DNA of 64,000 nucleotides, taken from Gemmatimonadota bacterium. GTDB taxonomy: Bacteria > Gemmatimonadota > Gemmatimonadetes > Gemmatimonadales > GWC2-71-9. Below the pieces are notes generated by a model, which did not search any database, was not told the origin of the DNA, and saw only the letters and a list, made by a program, of their open reading frames with translations. The stretch is taken from NCBI GenBank assembly GCA_039586365.1, contig JBDHKN010000004.1, positions 1-64,000 on the forward strand. The letters run 5' to 3'. Positions 8,862-19,508 of this stretch are shown one piece after another (position 1 is the first letter of the stretch; each line of letters begins with the position of its first letter). Made by a program: the position numbers and the translations under genes.

Positions 8862-10352
8862 GTGAAGTCCTCCATAAAGGTCGTTCCGCTCGAGCAGGTC
8901 AAAGCCCCACTGCTGGCCTTGGCCGTCGGCGAAATACTGAACGGAAAGCTCCCCAGTTCGCTCCTCAGGCTCGATGCCACTCTGGAAGGGGAACTCTCGC
9001 GCGTGATCGAAGCGGGGGATTTCTCTGGCAAGCCGGACGAAACCGCTTTGCTCTATCCGCGCAAGGGTGCCCGGCGGGTGATGCTCGTCGGTCTAGCGAA
9101 AGCCCCGGAGATCACCCGCGGTGCGGTGAGGCGGAGCGCGGCGATAGCGGCACGCAAGGCCATCGAGGTGGGGGCGGGAACCTTGGCCTATCATTTGGCT
9201 CCCGAGACCCACGGCGGGGTCACCCACCAGGACCTCGGGCAGGTGGTGGTGGAAGGAGCGGCTCAGGGCGCCTGGAATTTCACCGATTTCAAGTCGGATG
9301 AGGAGAGGTTGCGGGTCACCGAGCTGGAGATCATAGTGTCACGCGAACACCGCGCCGAAGTTGAAGCCGGTCGGAAGGTCGGGGCTGCGATCGCGATTGG
9401 ACAGAAACTCGCGCGGAACCTGCAAGCGCTGCCGGCCAACGTCTGTACACCCTCGTATCTCGCTGAAATCGCTCGCGCGCTCGCCAAGGCGTACGGTTAC
9501 AAGGTCACCGTGCTGAGCCGGGCTCAGATCGAGAGAGCTGGGCTACGCTCCCTGCTGGCGGTAGCACAGGGGTCCCGGCAGGAACCGTGTTTCATCACGC
9601 TGGAGCATCACGGAGGGGGCAGGTCGGCCCCGGTTTGTTTCGTCGGCAAGGGCGTCACGTTCGATTCGGGTGGCATTTCCCTGAAACCCGCGCTGAACAT
9701 GGAAGAAATGAAGTATGACATGTCCGGCGCTGCAGCGGTGCTAGGCCTGTTTGAAGTGCTGGGGCATCTGCAGCCACGCCTGAATGTAGTGGGTCTGATA
9801 CCCGCTACGGAGAACCTGCCCTCGAGTACCGCCTTGAAGCCGGGTGACATAGTGCGGAGTCACTTCGGAAAGACCATCGAGGTGGTCAACACCGACGCTG
9901 AGGGGCGCCTCGTTCTGTGTGACGCCCTTTCCTACGCACGCCGTTTCAAGCCCGCCTGTGTGATCGATTCGGCCACCCTCACCGGGGCCATAGTGGTGGG
10001 GTTGGGCGCTCACGCTGCCGGGCTCATGGGGAACGACGACGCGTTGCTGGAGGAAGTGAGGTGGGCTGGGGACTTGGCAGGGGAGCGTTGCTGGCCGTTG
10101 CCGTTGTGGCACGAATACCGCGATCAACTCAAATCGGACGTCGCAGACATCAAGAACACTGGGGGCAGGGCTGCCGGGTCTATCACGGCGGGTTGGTTCC
10201 TGCGTGAGTTTGTTGACGGTTTTCCTTGGGCGCACATCGACGTGGCTGGGACGGCGTATACAGATTCGGTCCGCCCTGACTTGGCCAAAGGGCCGACGGG
10301 GATCGGGGTCCGGTTGTTCACGCAGTTTGTCCTCGGGCGCGTGGGCAGGTGA
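8862..10352 (+). CDS. pepA: Leucyl aminopeptidase (M17)
   Basis: GKGVTFDSGG, MKYDMSG, NTDAEGRL, ATLTGA; GTG 8862 after AAGGA. Confidence 0.95.
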   Translation: MKSSIKVVPLEQVKAPLLALAVGEILNGKLPSSLLRLDATLEGELSRVIEAGDFSGKPDETALLYPRKGARRVMLVGLAKAPEITRGAVRRSAAIAARKAIEVGAGTLAYHLAPETHGGVTHQDLGQVVVEGAAQGAWNFTDFKSDEERLRVTELEIIVSREHRAEVEAGRKVGAAIAIGQKLARNLQALPANVCTPSYLAEIARALAKAYGYKVTVLSRAQIERAGLRSLLAVAQGSRQEPCFITLEHHGGGRSAPVCFVGKGVTFDSGGISLKPALNMEEMKYDMSGAAAVLGLFEVLGHLQPRLNVVGLIPATENLPSSTALKPGDIVRSHFGKTIEVVNTDAEGRLVLCDALSYARRFKPACVIDSATLTGAIVVGLGAHAAGLMGNDDALLEEVRWAGDLAGERCWPLPLWHEYRDQLKSDVADIKNTGGRAAGSITAGWFLREFVDGFPWAHIDVAGTAYTDSVRPDLAKGPTGIGVRLFTQFVLGRVGR

Positions 10353-12130
10353 CGCGCCGAATTCACACCCTACTGATCCCCGCGCTGGCGATACTCGCAT
10401 CCACGGCGACGGCCTCAGCCGGCATCGCGCAAGACACTACTGTTGTACACCCAGATTCCGTCACGACAGAGCCGGACACGCTCCTGCCGGTGCTGCATCA
10501 TACGGTCGCGGTCAGCGCGCCCGCCGTCCCCCCCGGGCCACTCCCGCCGGGCACACGGTACACTTTCACCCGAGATTCACTGCTTTGGACTGCGGGTGTG
10601 ACCCTGACCGATCTGATCGCAACGATTCCTGGCGTGTATGTGGCTCGAGCGGGGTTCCTGGGACAACCCGAGTACATCCAATATGCCGGCCGAGCCGGTG
10701 CGGGAATTCAGATCTTTTGGGACGGACTCCCGCTGCCGGCGCTGGGAGCAGATTCACTATTTCACGACTTGGGGCGGGTAAACCTCACCTATCTGGAGCG
10801 GATCGACGTCGTAGTTCTTCCCAGCGGGCTCGACATCTATCTCGTGTCGAAGGAGTATGGTGGCACCCAACCGCGCTCGTTCTTGCGAGTGATGGCGGGG
10901 GCCTTTTCGACCGGTGCTTACGCTGGGTTGTTTCAGAAGCGGTGGCCAAGTGGGCTCGGCCTCGATCTGGCTGCAGACTTCGTGGGGACGGAAGGCAGCG
11001 GCGGTATGGCGCGCAGTGATCAGACTTTTGATTTGTGGGGGCGCCTCAAATGGATACCGTCACAGCGCACAGGCGCCAGCTACCAGGTGAGGAGACAGAG
11101 CCACGACAGAGACGCGGTTGGGGACGACGTGCGTGAAAGGCGGGGTGCCAGAACAGATTACATCTTCTCCATGTTCGCCGGAACCGGGGACGACGGGATG
11201 GGGTTCCGATCCGAGGCTATCTTGGCAACCAGTGCTTGGTCGTCCGATTCGACCGCAGTGGACACCCTGGATCAGACAGTCCGCCAGGCCCGGCTGAAAC
11301 TGCGCTACATGACGCCGAACTGGACTGTAGCCGCCACCGGGATGCTGGGAGATGCTCGTGTGCTGTCTGGCGTGGACGGGCGCATCGGCTGGGTACCAAT
11401 CCCAGGTGTAGTCTTGGCGGGAGACGCCTACTGGCACCGGCACGAAGGGAAGCGGACGTCAGTTGGTGCGCACGGCACAGTTGGGCTCTACGCAGGTCCC
11501 TTCTCAGTGGTGGGAGACGTTCAGTTTGGCGATGCCGTCCAGGCTCCGGCCATTCTCGCTGATTCTGCGCAGCGTGCCGTAGCGCAGTCGATTCGAACCG
11601 GTATTGAAACGCGGCCTCTGGCGGGTCACGTTGCGCTCGTGCGCCGTGATGCGTTCCTCCCACTGCCTTATGCCGAACTAGGAGTAATCGACGGATTTGA
11701 CAGCTCGACTGCCGCTACCTACGTCGTGGCTGATGTGAAGCTCCAATCCTCCCGGGCTCTCACCCTGGAGGCCTGGTACTCGACCCCCACTCAGGGTGAG
11801 GCACCCAACCTGCAGCCGCCCAAGCATGGGCGCGCCCAGATTACTTTCCGATCCAAGTTCTGGCGCACGTTTCGTAGTGGCGCATTTGATCTCAAGGTTC
11901 AGGTGGCCATGGAGTACTGGAGTCCAGGAACCGCAGGGCTGGCTGGAGGCAACCCGGTCGAGCTGGAGGGTGCCAAATACTACGAGGGCTTCATTCAGTT
12001 CGAGATAGCCTCCTTCCAGGGGTTCTGGAACTTGAGAAACATGCTCAACTCGGAGGACCCCTATATTCCGGGACTGGCGTATCCCAAGAGTGTGCAGACC
12101 TTTGGCGTCAAGTGGGAGTTCTCCAATTGA
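10349..12130 (+). CDS. Outer-membrane beta-barrel protein with TonB-receptor-like plug
   Basis: Signal peptide; plug-like DLIATIPGVYV...IFWDGLP...LERIDV; C-terminal FGVKWEF strand. Confidence 0.7.
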   Translation: MTRRIHTLLIPALAILASTATASAGIAQDTTVVHPDSVTTEPDTLLPVLHHTVAVSAPAVPPGPLPPGTRYTFTRDSLLWTAGVTLTDLIATIPGVYVARAGFLGQPEYIQYAGRAGAGIQIFWDGLPLPALGADSLFHDLGRVNLTYLERIDVVVLPSGLDIYLVSKEYGGTQPRSFLRVMAGAFSTGAYAGLFQKRWPSGLGLDLAADFVGTEGSGGMARSDQTFDLWGRLKWIPSQRTGASYQVRRQSHDRDAVGDDVRERRGARTDYIFSMFAGTGDDGMGFRSEAILATSAWSSDSTAVDTLDQTVRQARLKLRYMTPNWTVAATGMLGDARVLSGVDGRIGWVPIPGVVLAGDAYWHRHEGKRTSVGAHGTVGLYAGPFSVVGDVQFGDAVQAPAILADSAQRAVAQSIRTGIETRPLAGHVALVRRDAFLPLPYAELGVIDGFDSSTAATYVVADVKLQSSRALTLEAWYSTPTQGEAPNLQPPKHGRAQITFRSKFWRTFRSGAFDLKVQVAMEYWSPGTAGLAGGNPVELEGAKYYEGFIQFEIASFQGFWNLRNMLNSEDPYIPGLAYPKSVQTFGVKWEFSN

Positions 12131-12209
12131 CGGTTCTCGACCAGTAGTCGCAACGATCCTACCTGACTAACTTCAAAGGTTATTATTACGCTGTTTCAGG
12201 AGAACCAGG

Positions 12210-13085
12210 GTGCCCCGATCGATGACCGGATACGGTGTAGCTGATGGGCCTGCAGGGGGGGGACGTCTGCAGGTGGAAATACGGACGGTCAATCACAGGC
12301 ACTTCACCGCGAACCTCAAGCTGTGCACACCGCTGCAGTCGCTAGAGGTTGCGGTCCGGGACAGGCTGCGGGAGCGCATTGCGCGCGGGCATGTGACTCT
12401 AACCGCAAGGTGGATTGAGGAGCCGCAACGTCAGGCGATTGTGCAACTGAACCTGGAACGGGCCCGCGAGGTCGTGCGCGCACTCAGCGACCTCAAGAAG
12501 GAGCTGGATCTGCCGGGCGAGATCGATCTGGGCTTCGTGGCTCGGCAGCCGGACGTATTCGCTGTGGGCGCCACCGATGAAACCTCCGCGGATGAGGCCA
12601 ATGTGACTGCCGTAGTGGACACTGCGTTGGCTGACGTCCTGGTGATGCGAGAGCGTGAAGGTGAGGCGTTAGGACAGGATTTGAGGAGTCTCTTGGCGGG
12701 ATTGGAAGACGAATTGCGCAAAGTCGAGGCTCGCGCCCCGCACAGGCTCACGGCGGAACGGGATCGCTTGCAACGGTCTGTCGCAGAGCTACTGAACGGC
12801 CGCGCCATGGACCAAGACAGGCTGGGGCAGGAGATCGCCATCATTGCTGACAAGCTGGACATCACGGAGGAGATAGTGCGGCTCAAGACTCATCTTGTTG
12901 CATGTCGAGAGTCGTTGCAGGTGGACGGACCAGTAGGACGACAATTGACTTTCCTAGGCCAAGAAATACTGCGTGAGGTCAACACCATTGGATCAAAGGC
13001 CAACGACGCGACTATCGGACAGGCGGTGATAGTAATGAAAGGTGCCATTGAGAGATTCCGGGAACAGGTCGAGAACATAGAGTGA
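12210..13085 (+). CDS. yicC: YicC/YloC family endoribonuclease
   Basis: SMTGYG, RTVNHRH, DITEEIVRL, REVNTIGSK, REQVENIE. Confidence 0.92.
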   Translation: MPRSMTGYGVADGPAGGGRLQVEIRTVNHRHFTANLKLCTPLQSLEVAVRDRLRERIARGHVTLTARWIEEPQRQAIVQLNLERAREVVRALSDLKKELDLPGEIDLGFVARQPDVFAVGATDETSADEANVTAVVDTALADVLVMREREGEALGQDLRSLLAGLEDELRKVEARAPHRLTAERDRLQRSVAELLNGRAMDQDRLGQEIAIIADKLDITEEIVRLKTHLVACRESLQVDGPVGRQLTFLGQEILREVNTIGSKANDATIGQAVIVMKGAIERFREQVENIE

Positions 13086-13735
13086 CACCCTTCTTGTTGA
13101 TTCTCTCGGCGCCGTCGGGCGGTGGCAAGACGACAATTGCCCGGGCGCTCCTGGCAGCACGCGATGATCTCGGTTACAGCGTTTCGGCCACAACTCGGGT
13201 CCCCCGGGAAGGTGAAAGGGATGGAGTCGACTACTTCTTCCAATCCCGCGCGGAATTCGAAGAGCGGCGTAGCCGCGGTGAGTTTCTCGAATGGGCGGAG
13301 TATGGTGGCTCGCTCTACGGTACTCTGAATGCCGAAGTGGATCGTGTGCTGGCAACAGGCAGAAGTGTGGTCCTGGATATCGAGGTGCAGGGGGCGCGGC
13401 AGGTGCGAGAGCGACGCTCTGACGCGGTTGGTATCTTCATACTACCGCCCTCGGCGGACGTCCTTGTCGAGCGCCTGTCCCAGCGAGGGGCTGCGACGGG
13501 AGCAGAGCTGCGAAGGCGCATGCAGCGAGCACGAGAAGAACTCGAGCTCGCGCCCATGTACGACTACATAGTCGAAAATGACAACCGAACGCAGGCGGTG
13601 TCCGAAGTCGCTGCCATCATCGACTCAGAATCCCGCCGCGCAGGTCGGATCACGGCGCTGGAGGAGAGTGTGTCGAAAATGCGTCAGAGGTTGCTCGAGA
13701 TAGTTAACCAAATCGCACCGGAACAGGAGACATGA
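13082..13735 (+). CDS. gmk: Guanylate kinase
   Basis: SAPSGGGKTT P-loop, SATTR, LDIEVQGA. Confidence 0.95.
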   Translation: MTPFLLILSAPSGGGKTTIARALLAARDDLGYSVSATTRVPREGERDGVDYFFQSRAEFEERRSRGEFLEWAEYGGSLYGTLNAEVDRVLATGRSVVLDIEVQGARQVRERRSDAVGIFILPPSADVLVERLSQRGAATGAELRRRMQRAREELELAPMYDYIVENDNRTQAVSEVAAIIDSESRRAGRITALEESVSKMRQRLLEIVNQIAPEQET

Positions 13736-13948
13736 ATGCTGATTGTGACACCGACTGAGGTGGCTAACCGTGCTGGGAACAAGTATCTGGGAGTTCTGGT
13801 CGCAGCGAAGTTTGCACGCTATGTGAACGATTTCCCTCGTGACCGGTCGGTTGAATTCGAAAAGAAACTCACCACCCGAGCCTTGGAAGAGCTGTCCGAT
13901 GGTGAGCTGACGTACCGGTTGGTTCGGAGGAGGCGCCAAGAGACGTGA
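13736..13948 (+). CDS. rpoZ: RNA polymerase omega subunit
   Basis: NKY..V.VAAK.AR, ALEEL; position between gmk and coaBC. Confidence 0.85.
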   Translation: MLIVTPTEVANRAGNKYLGVLVAAKFARYVNDFPRDRSVEFEKKLTTRALEELSDGELTYRLVRRRRQET

Positions 13949-15135
13949 TCAAAGACCGGCGCATTCTGCTCGGAGTGTCGGGCGGCATCGCCATCTATAA
14001 AGTGTGTAATGTCGTGCGGCGGCTCGCGGAGGCGGGTGCCGTCGTGGATGTGGTGATGACGGCTTCCGCGACCGAGTTCGTGCGGCCGGTCACCTTTGAA
14101 GCACTCAGCGGACGGCCGGTTGTGACTTCCCTTTGGCAGCGCAATCAAGCGCTGGCCCACATAGAGCTAGGCAGGAAACCCGACCTGATTGTCGTTGCTC
14201 CTGCCACGGCAAACCTGCTGGCGAGAGCGGCTGCGGGGATAGCAGACGATCTCTTGACCGCAATCCTGCTGGCAGCCGAGGCTCCTGTCGTGGCAGCGCC
14301 TGCAATGAACGACAACATGTTCGCTCACCCCGCTACAGCGGCCAACCTGTCGCTGCTCAGAAGCTGGGGCTGGACGCTGGTCGGGCCTGTGATCGGTGAT
14401 CTCGCTGAGGGGCCCAGTGACCGGCCTGGGAGAATGGCGGAACCAACCGAAATCATAGCGCATGTAGAGCGATTGCTGTGCAGTGCCGGTAGCAAGCTGC
14501 ATGGCAAGCGGGTCCTGGTGACAGCAGGTCCCACTCGAGAGAAGATCGATCCAGTACGAGTGATAACGAACCCGTCGAGTGGGCGCATGGGGTTCGCGAC
14601 TGCAGCAGCCGCCTTCGCCCGTGGTGCAGACGTGGTCCTGGTTGCAGGACCGACCGAACTCTCTGTTCCCCCAGGTGTGGTGGTCAAGCGCGTAGTGTCG
14701 ACGGAGGAGATGGTGAATGAGGTGGGCCGGCTCCTCCCACAAGTGGACGTACTCGTCATGGCAGCAGCACCGGCTGACTACCAAGCCAGTGACGTAGCGG
14801 TCGCGAAGCTCCCGCGGCTCGAGGGTGCCATAGAACTTACGCTGAAGCCCACCGTTGACGTGTTGGAGAGCACGATTGCCAGGAGGTCCAGTAAGTGCAT
14901 CGCCGTGGGCTTCGCGCTTGAGACCGAGCCCGGCGTTGAACGGGCGCGGGCCAAACTCGAGCGGAAGGCCCTGCACCTCATAGTACTGAATGAGGCCGGC
15001 CGTGCCGGGTCGGGGTTCGAGACTGACACCAATCAGGTCACTTTCGTTACGGCTCGGGAGAGCAGAGCGCTACCGCTGCTCTCCAAACGACAAGTGGCTG
15101 AGCGGCTACTCGACGAAGTCGAGGCCATGTTATGA
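13945..15135 (+). CDS. coaBC: Phosphopantothenoylcysteine decarboxylase/ligase
   Basis: GVSGGIAIYK, APATAN, APAMN, TAGPTRE.IDPVR.ITNPSSGRMG. Confidence 0.95.
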   Translation: MIKDRRILLGVSGGIAIYKVCNVVRRLAEAGAVVDVVMTASATEFVRPVTFEALSGRPVVTSLWQRNQALAHIELGRKPDLIVVAPATANLLARAAAGIADDLLTAILLAAEAPVVAAPAMNDNMFAHPATAANLSLLRSWGWTLVGPVIGDLAEGPSDRPGRMAEPTEIIAHVERLLCSAGSKLHGKRVLVTAGPTREKIDPVRVITNPSSGRMGFATAAAAFARGADVVLVAGPTELSVPPGVVVKRVVSTEEMVNEVGRLLPQVDVLVMAAAPADYQASDVAVAKLPRLEGAIELTLKPTVDVLESTIARRSSKCIAVGFALETEPGVERARAKLERKALHLIVLNEAGRAGSGFETDTNQVTFVTARESRALPLLSKRQVAERLLDEVEAML

Positions 15136-16106
15136 CCGGTGCAAGGGATCTGCTGCAACGTTATCTGATGCAGCGGCGTGAAGCTGGGGAGGAGGACCTC
15201 GTACTGGAGCAACCGTTTGGTTCTGCGGCCGGCCGGTCTGACCGCCAGGCTGCCACCAACAGTGAGTCAGGGCGGAGCGAGCAACGACATACCAGCGGAG
15301 CAGTGGAGCGGCAGCGCCCGTCCACCGGTCCGTCTGACGGTCTGCCCATTGCCAATCGTGAGACTGAGGAGGGCAGCCGGACCGGCAGAGTGGCAGAGCG
15401 GCAGATACCGCCCGCCCACCCACCCGCTCGCCAATCCACGCGCCGAAGGAGCGGGGTGGTGCAGAAAGACTGGCGCGACGGTGCTCCGCCGATACCGCCC
15501 CCGGGGGTCGTTATCGCGCCACCCGCAAGCGACCTATTCACTGGGGACGAGTTGGCCCAGTGTAATCTGGAGGCTGTAGCGAAGCGAGTTGGATCCTGCA
15601 ACAAGTGCCGGCTGTGTGACAATAGAACCAATGCGGTTCCAGGGGATGGCCCGGCCGACGCGCAGTTGGTAGTAGTGGGTGAGGGCCCGGGGGCGAAGGA
15701 GGACGAGACTGGATTGCCCTTTGTCGGACGCGCCGGTGAGTTGCTCACCGATGTGCTGCAGGCGATTGATCTGGTGCGCGAACGAGTGTTCATCTGCAAT
15801 GTCGTCAAGTGCAGACCTCCAGCCAACCGCAAGCCGCTACAGGACGAGATCGATGCGTGTGTTGCCTATCTGTATCGGCAGATCGAGGTGATCCAACCCA
15901 AGGTGATCTTGGCGATGGGGGGTACGGCCGCGGAGACTCTCCTCAACACGAAGCGCTCGCTGGCGTCATTGCGCAACAGAGTGCACTCTTTCCGAGGTAT
16001 TCAGCTGCTGGTCACCTATCATCCGGCGGCACTGCTCCGCAACCCGAATTGGAAGAAGCCGACTTGGGATGACGTCCGTATCGCACGCCAGCTCCTCGAT
16101 CGATAA
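15132..16106 (+). CDS. Family 4 uracil-DNA glycosylase with long low-complexity N-terminus
   Basis: CxxCxLC, GEGPG, PFVGRAG, KCRPP.NR, YHPAALLR. Confidence 0.9.
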   Translation: MTGARDLLQRYLMQRREAGEEDLVLEQPFGSAAGRSDRQAATNSESGRSEQRHTSGAVERQRPSTGPSDGLPIANRETEEGSRTGRVAERQIPPAHPPARQSTRRRSGVVQKDWRDGAPPIPPPGVVIAPPASDLFTGDELAQCNLEAVAKRVGSCNKCRLCDNRTNAVPGDGPADAQLVVVGEGPGAKEDETGLPFVGRAGELLTDVLQAIDLVRERVFICNVVKCRPPANRKPLQDEIDACVAYLYRQIEVIQPKVILAMGGTAAETLLNTKRSLASLRNRVHSFRGIQLLVTYHPAALLRNPNWKKPTWDDVRIARQLLDR

Positions 16107-17475
16107 CGCCGATCACGACCTAACCAGGCGAGCTCCGTGGAGTCTCGAGGCGGAGCAAGCGGTGCTGGGAGCAACCCTGCTCGACCCGGATGCTGGTCTG
16201 AAGGCAGTCGAATTGCTCGCAGACACCGCTTTCTACCGCGAGGGTCACCGCCGGATATTTCGCGCGCTGGCGGCTCTGGTCGAACGCGGGGATATGGTGG
16301 ATCCGGTGGTGCTGCGCAACGAACTCGAGCGGCGCGGAGACCTAGAGGCAGCCGGCGGAACCGACTACGTAGCCGAGTTGGTCGATGCCGTTCCCACCGC
16401 GGCCAATATCGAATACCACTGCCGCATAGTAAAAGAGAAGGCGCTATTGCGGCGCCTCATCGACGTCGGTACCAGCATCGTTCAAACCGCGTATGACGCC
16501 AAGGAGGACGTTGGGACACTCCTCGATCAGGCGGAACAGCAGGTCTTCGAGGTCTCCTTCCAGCGTGGCAGTCAAGAGGTTGTTCGCATCAAAGAACTCA
16601 TGTGGCAAGCGATGGAACGCATCGAAGCGCGCCACAGGGGGGACGATTCGGTACGCGGGGTGCCAAGTGGCTTCACAGATTTGGACGAGATAACGAACGG
16701 GTTCCAGGGCAGTGACTTGATCATCGTCGCTGCACGCCCCTCGATGGGGAAGACGTCCTTCTGTCTGAACGCGGCCGTAAACGCTGCTCTAGAGGGCGGT
16801 ACGCCGACCGCCATCTTCTCACTGGAGATGTCGCGTGATCAGCTGGTGGAGCGTCTCTTGGCCGCCGAGAGTTTTGTTGACCTTCAGCGGCTGCGCAGCG
16901 GCAAGCTGCGGGATGATGACTACCCCAAGATGTCGCGGGCAGCCGGTTTGCTCGGGACGGCGCCGATTTGGATCGACGACACCCCTGCGTTGACCTTGCT
17001 CGAGATTCGCTCCAAGGCGAGGCGCATGAAAGCCGAACACAATATTGGTCTGGTCATAGTCGACTACTTGCAGCTGATCCGGGGAACGGGCAGGCACGAC
17101 AGCCGTCAGGAAGAAATAAGCTTTATCTCCCGGTCTCTCAAAGCGCTGGCCCGAGAACTACACACGCCGGTCATCGCTCTCTCTCAGCTGTCCCGCGCAC
17201 CCGAACAACGTGGCGGCGACCGCCGCCCAATGCTGTCCGACCTGCGTGATTCCGGTGCCATCGAGCAGGATGCTGATCTCGTCATGTTCATCTACCGAGC
17301 TGAGATGTACCAGTCTCTGTTGGAGCGCGAGGATACGGAGGAAGGGCTCGCGGAGTTGATGGTCTCTAAGCACCGTAACGGACCTACGGGCACCGTCAAG
17401 CTGGCGTTTCACAAGGAATACACGCGGTTCGACAACTACACGAGCCGCGAGCCTGAAGAACCGGATGCTCCGTAA
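16069..17475 (+). CDS. dnaB: Replicative DNA helicase
   Basis: EAEQAVLG, AARPSMGKT, VDYLQL, LSDLRDSGAIEQDAD; no intein. Confidence 0.97.
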   Translation: MTSVSHASSSIDNADHDLTRRAPWSLEAEQAVLGATLLDPDAGLKAVELLADTAFYREGHRRIFRALAALVERGDMVDPVVLRNELERRGDLEAAGGTDYVAELVDAVPTAANIEYHCRIVKEKALLRRLIDVGTSIVQTAYDAKEDVGTLLDQAEQQVFEVSFQRGSQEVVRIKELMWQAMERIEARHRGDDSVRGVPSGFTDLDEITNGFQGSDLIIVAARPSMGKTSFCLNAAVNAALEGGTPTAIFSLEMSRDQLVERLLAAESFVDLQRLRSGKLRDDDYPKMSRAAGLLGTAPIWIDDTPALTLLEIRSKARRMKAEHNIGLVIVDYLQLIRGTGRHDSRQEEISFISRSLKALARELHTPVIALSQLSRAPEQRGGDRRPMLSDLRDSGAIEQDADLVMFIYRAEMYQSLLEREDTEEGLAELMVSKHRNGPTGTVKLAFHKEYTRFDNYTSREPEEPDAP

Positions 17476-18835
17476 GTCACGTTCGGTATACCGTTGCTCG
17501 GTTTGTGGAGCGGAACATCCGAAATGGGCGGGTCGCTGTGAGTCGTGTGAGGCCTGGAACACCCTGATCGAAGAGCCCGCCGCGTCGCAGCATAGCAGAG
17601 GACTCGGCGATGTGGAGCTGGACGGCAGACCCACTGGGCCTGAGCCCGTTCGACTTGCGGATCTAGCGGCGCATGCGATTCCCCGATTGGTGACTTCGCT
17701 CAACGAATTCGACTTCGTGTTGGGTGGAGGAATCGTTCCCGGATCTTTGACTATCGTGGGAGGCGAACCAGGCATCGGGAAATCAACACTCCTGCTACAG
17801 TGTGCGGCTGGCCTCGAGGCCCAGGGAATCTCGACCCTCTATGTATCAGGTGAGGAATCGGTGGAGCAAGTGCGGCTGCGTGCCGACCGCATTGAGGAGG
17901 ACGCGGGCGCGGTCAAGGTGCTGGCAGAAGTGCACGTGGAATCCATCATCGCGCGCGCGAAATCACTGGGCGCACGGGTCGTAATAATGGACTCGATTCA
18001 GACTACGTATTCGGCGGAACTCGAGGGTGCACCGGGCAACGTCGGCCAGGTGAGAGAGTGTGCTGCCAAGCTCATGCGCTATGCCAAGCGGTCGTCTGCT
18101 GCAGTCATCCTGGTCGGACACGTCACTCGCGGAGGAGCCATCGCAGGCCCCAAGACTCTGGAACACGTGGTCGACACCGTGCTGTATTTCGAAGGGGAAA
18201 CGGAGGGTAATTTCAGAATCCTGCGGGCGGTGAAGAACCGTTTCGGTTCGGTTGATGAGGTGGGTGTGTTCGCAATGACCGCAGGCGGATTGCGGCCGGT
18301 GCCCAACCCATCGGCGGCCTTCATCTCGGGTCGGGAGGTTGATATCCCTGGCTCCGCAATAACTGCGCTAATGGAGGGGACGAGACCGGTCCTGGTGGAG
18401 ATTCAGGCCCTGGCAGCGCGATCGGCATATGGGACCCCGCAACGTGTAGCTACCGGACTGGATCAAAGGCGGTTGGCCGTGTTACTGGCAGTGCTGGAGC
18501 GGCGTGCGGCCTTACGCTTCCACGATCTCGATGTTTTCGTGAACGTGACCGGTGGGATGCGCCTGGTGGAGCCGGCCACCGATCTCGCCGTGGTAGCCGC
18601 TCTGATGTCTTCCCTGGCCGATCATGCCGTGCCGGCCGACTGCGTGTTCCTCGGTGAGGTAGGGCTCGGTGGGGAGGTGCGGCCGGTGGCAATGTCGGAT
18701 CGACGACTTGCCGAAGCGGAGCGTCAGGGGTTCAGCCGCGCGTTCATTTCGGCCCGGACTGCGGCCGGTCCTACCGCGATACAAGCAATCCCAATAGCAC
18801 ATGTGTCCAACCTCGCCGACCAACTCGCTGCCTGA
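17465..18835 (+). CDS. radA: DNA repair protein RadA/Sms
   Basis: C4 zinc finger, GEPGIGKST, KNRFG, GEVGLGGEVR. Confidence 0.97.
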   Translation: MLRKSRSVYRCSVCGAEHPKWAGRCESCEAWNTLIEEPAASQHSRGLGDVELDGRPTGPEPVRLADLAAHAIPRLVTSLNEFDFVLGGGIVPGSLTIVGGEPGIGKSTLLLQCAAGLEAQGISTLYVSGEESVEQVRLRADRIEEDAGAVKVLAEVHVESIIARAKSLGARVVIMDSIQTTYSAELEGAPGNVGQVRECAAKLMRYAKRSSAAVILVGHVTRGGAIAGPKTLEHVVDTVLYFEGETEGNFRILRAVKNRFGSVDEVGVFAMTAGGLRPVPNPSAAFISGREVDIPGSAITALMEGTRPVLVEIQALAARSAYGTPQRVATGLDQRRLAVLLAVLERRAALRFHDLDVFVNVTGGMRLVEPATDLAVVAALMSSLADHAVPADCVFLGEVGLGGEVRPVAMSDRRLAEAERQGFSRAFISARTAAGPTAIQAIPIAHVSNLADQLAA

Positions 18836-19508
18836 CGTTGGAGTCCTGATCCCGGCAGCAGGTCGCGGTGAGCGGTTCGGAGGTGAGCCCAAGCAGTTTC
18901 GTCCGATCGCAGGCGTTCCCATGTTGTTGCGCTCTCTGCGGCCGTTCGCCAAACATCCGCGAGTCAATGAGATCATTGTCGCACTCCCGCCAGAGTGGGC
19001 AGCAGCGCCGCCCCATTGGCTGGGGTCGGTCGCCGGACACCGATTGCGGCTGGTTGCTGGTGGTGCCACCCGTGGTGACTCGGTCAGAGCGGCACTCGGT
19101 GCACTGAGTGAGGATTGCCGTATCGTGCTGATTCACGACGCCGCGCGGCCACTCGTGTCCGCTGAGACGGTGGAAGCGGTCATCAGCGTAGCTTGTGAGA
19201 CTGGCGCTGTGCCAGCAGTGCCTGTGACGGACACGCTGAAACGGGTGCAGCATGACAGCGATGCGATAGTCGCGACAGTCGATCGCAGCGGGCTTTGGCG
19301 GGCCCACACGCCACAGGGTTTCCCTCGTGACATGCTCCAGAGGGCATACCGAGCAGTCGGCCCCGAGCGCTGGTCGACGTTCACCGATGAGGCGTCGTTG
19401 GTCGAAGCGGCCGGATTCCCCGTTCGTCTGGTGCCCGATAGCTGTTACAATCTGAAGGTCACGACCGCCCAAGATCTGATGATCGCAGAGCTGTTGGCTG
19501 AAGCATGA
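18801..19508 (+). CDS. ispD: 2-C-methyl-D-erythritol 4-phosphate cytidylyltransferase
   Basis: IPAAGRGERFG..PKQF, GGATR.DSV, IHDAARP, TPQGF; start uncertain. Confidence 0.92.
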   Translation: MCPTSPTNSLPDVGVLIPAAGRGERFGGEPKQFRPIAGVPMLLRSLRPFAKHPRVNEIIVALPPEWAAAPPHWLGSVAGHRLRLVAGGATRGDSVRAALGALSEDCRIVLIHDAARPLVSAETVEAVISVACETGAVPAVPVTDTLKRVQHDSDAIVATVDRSGLWRAHTPQGFPRDMLQRAYRAVGPERWSTFTDEASLVEAAGFPVRLVPDSCYNLKVTTAQDLMIAELLAEA

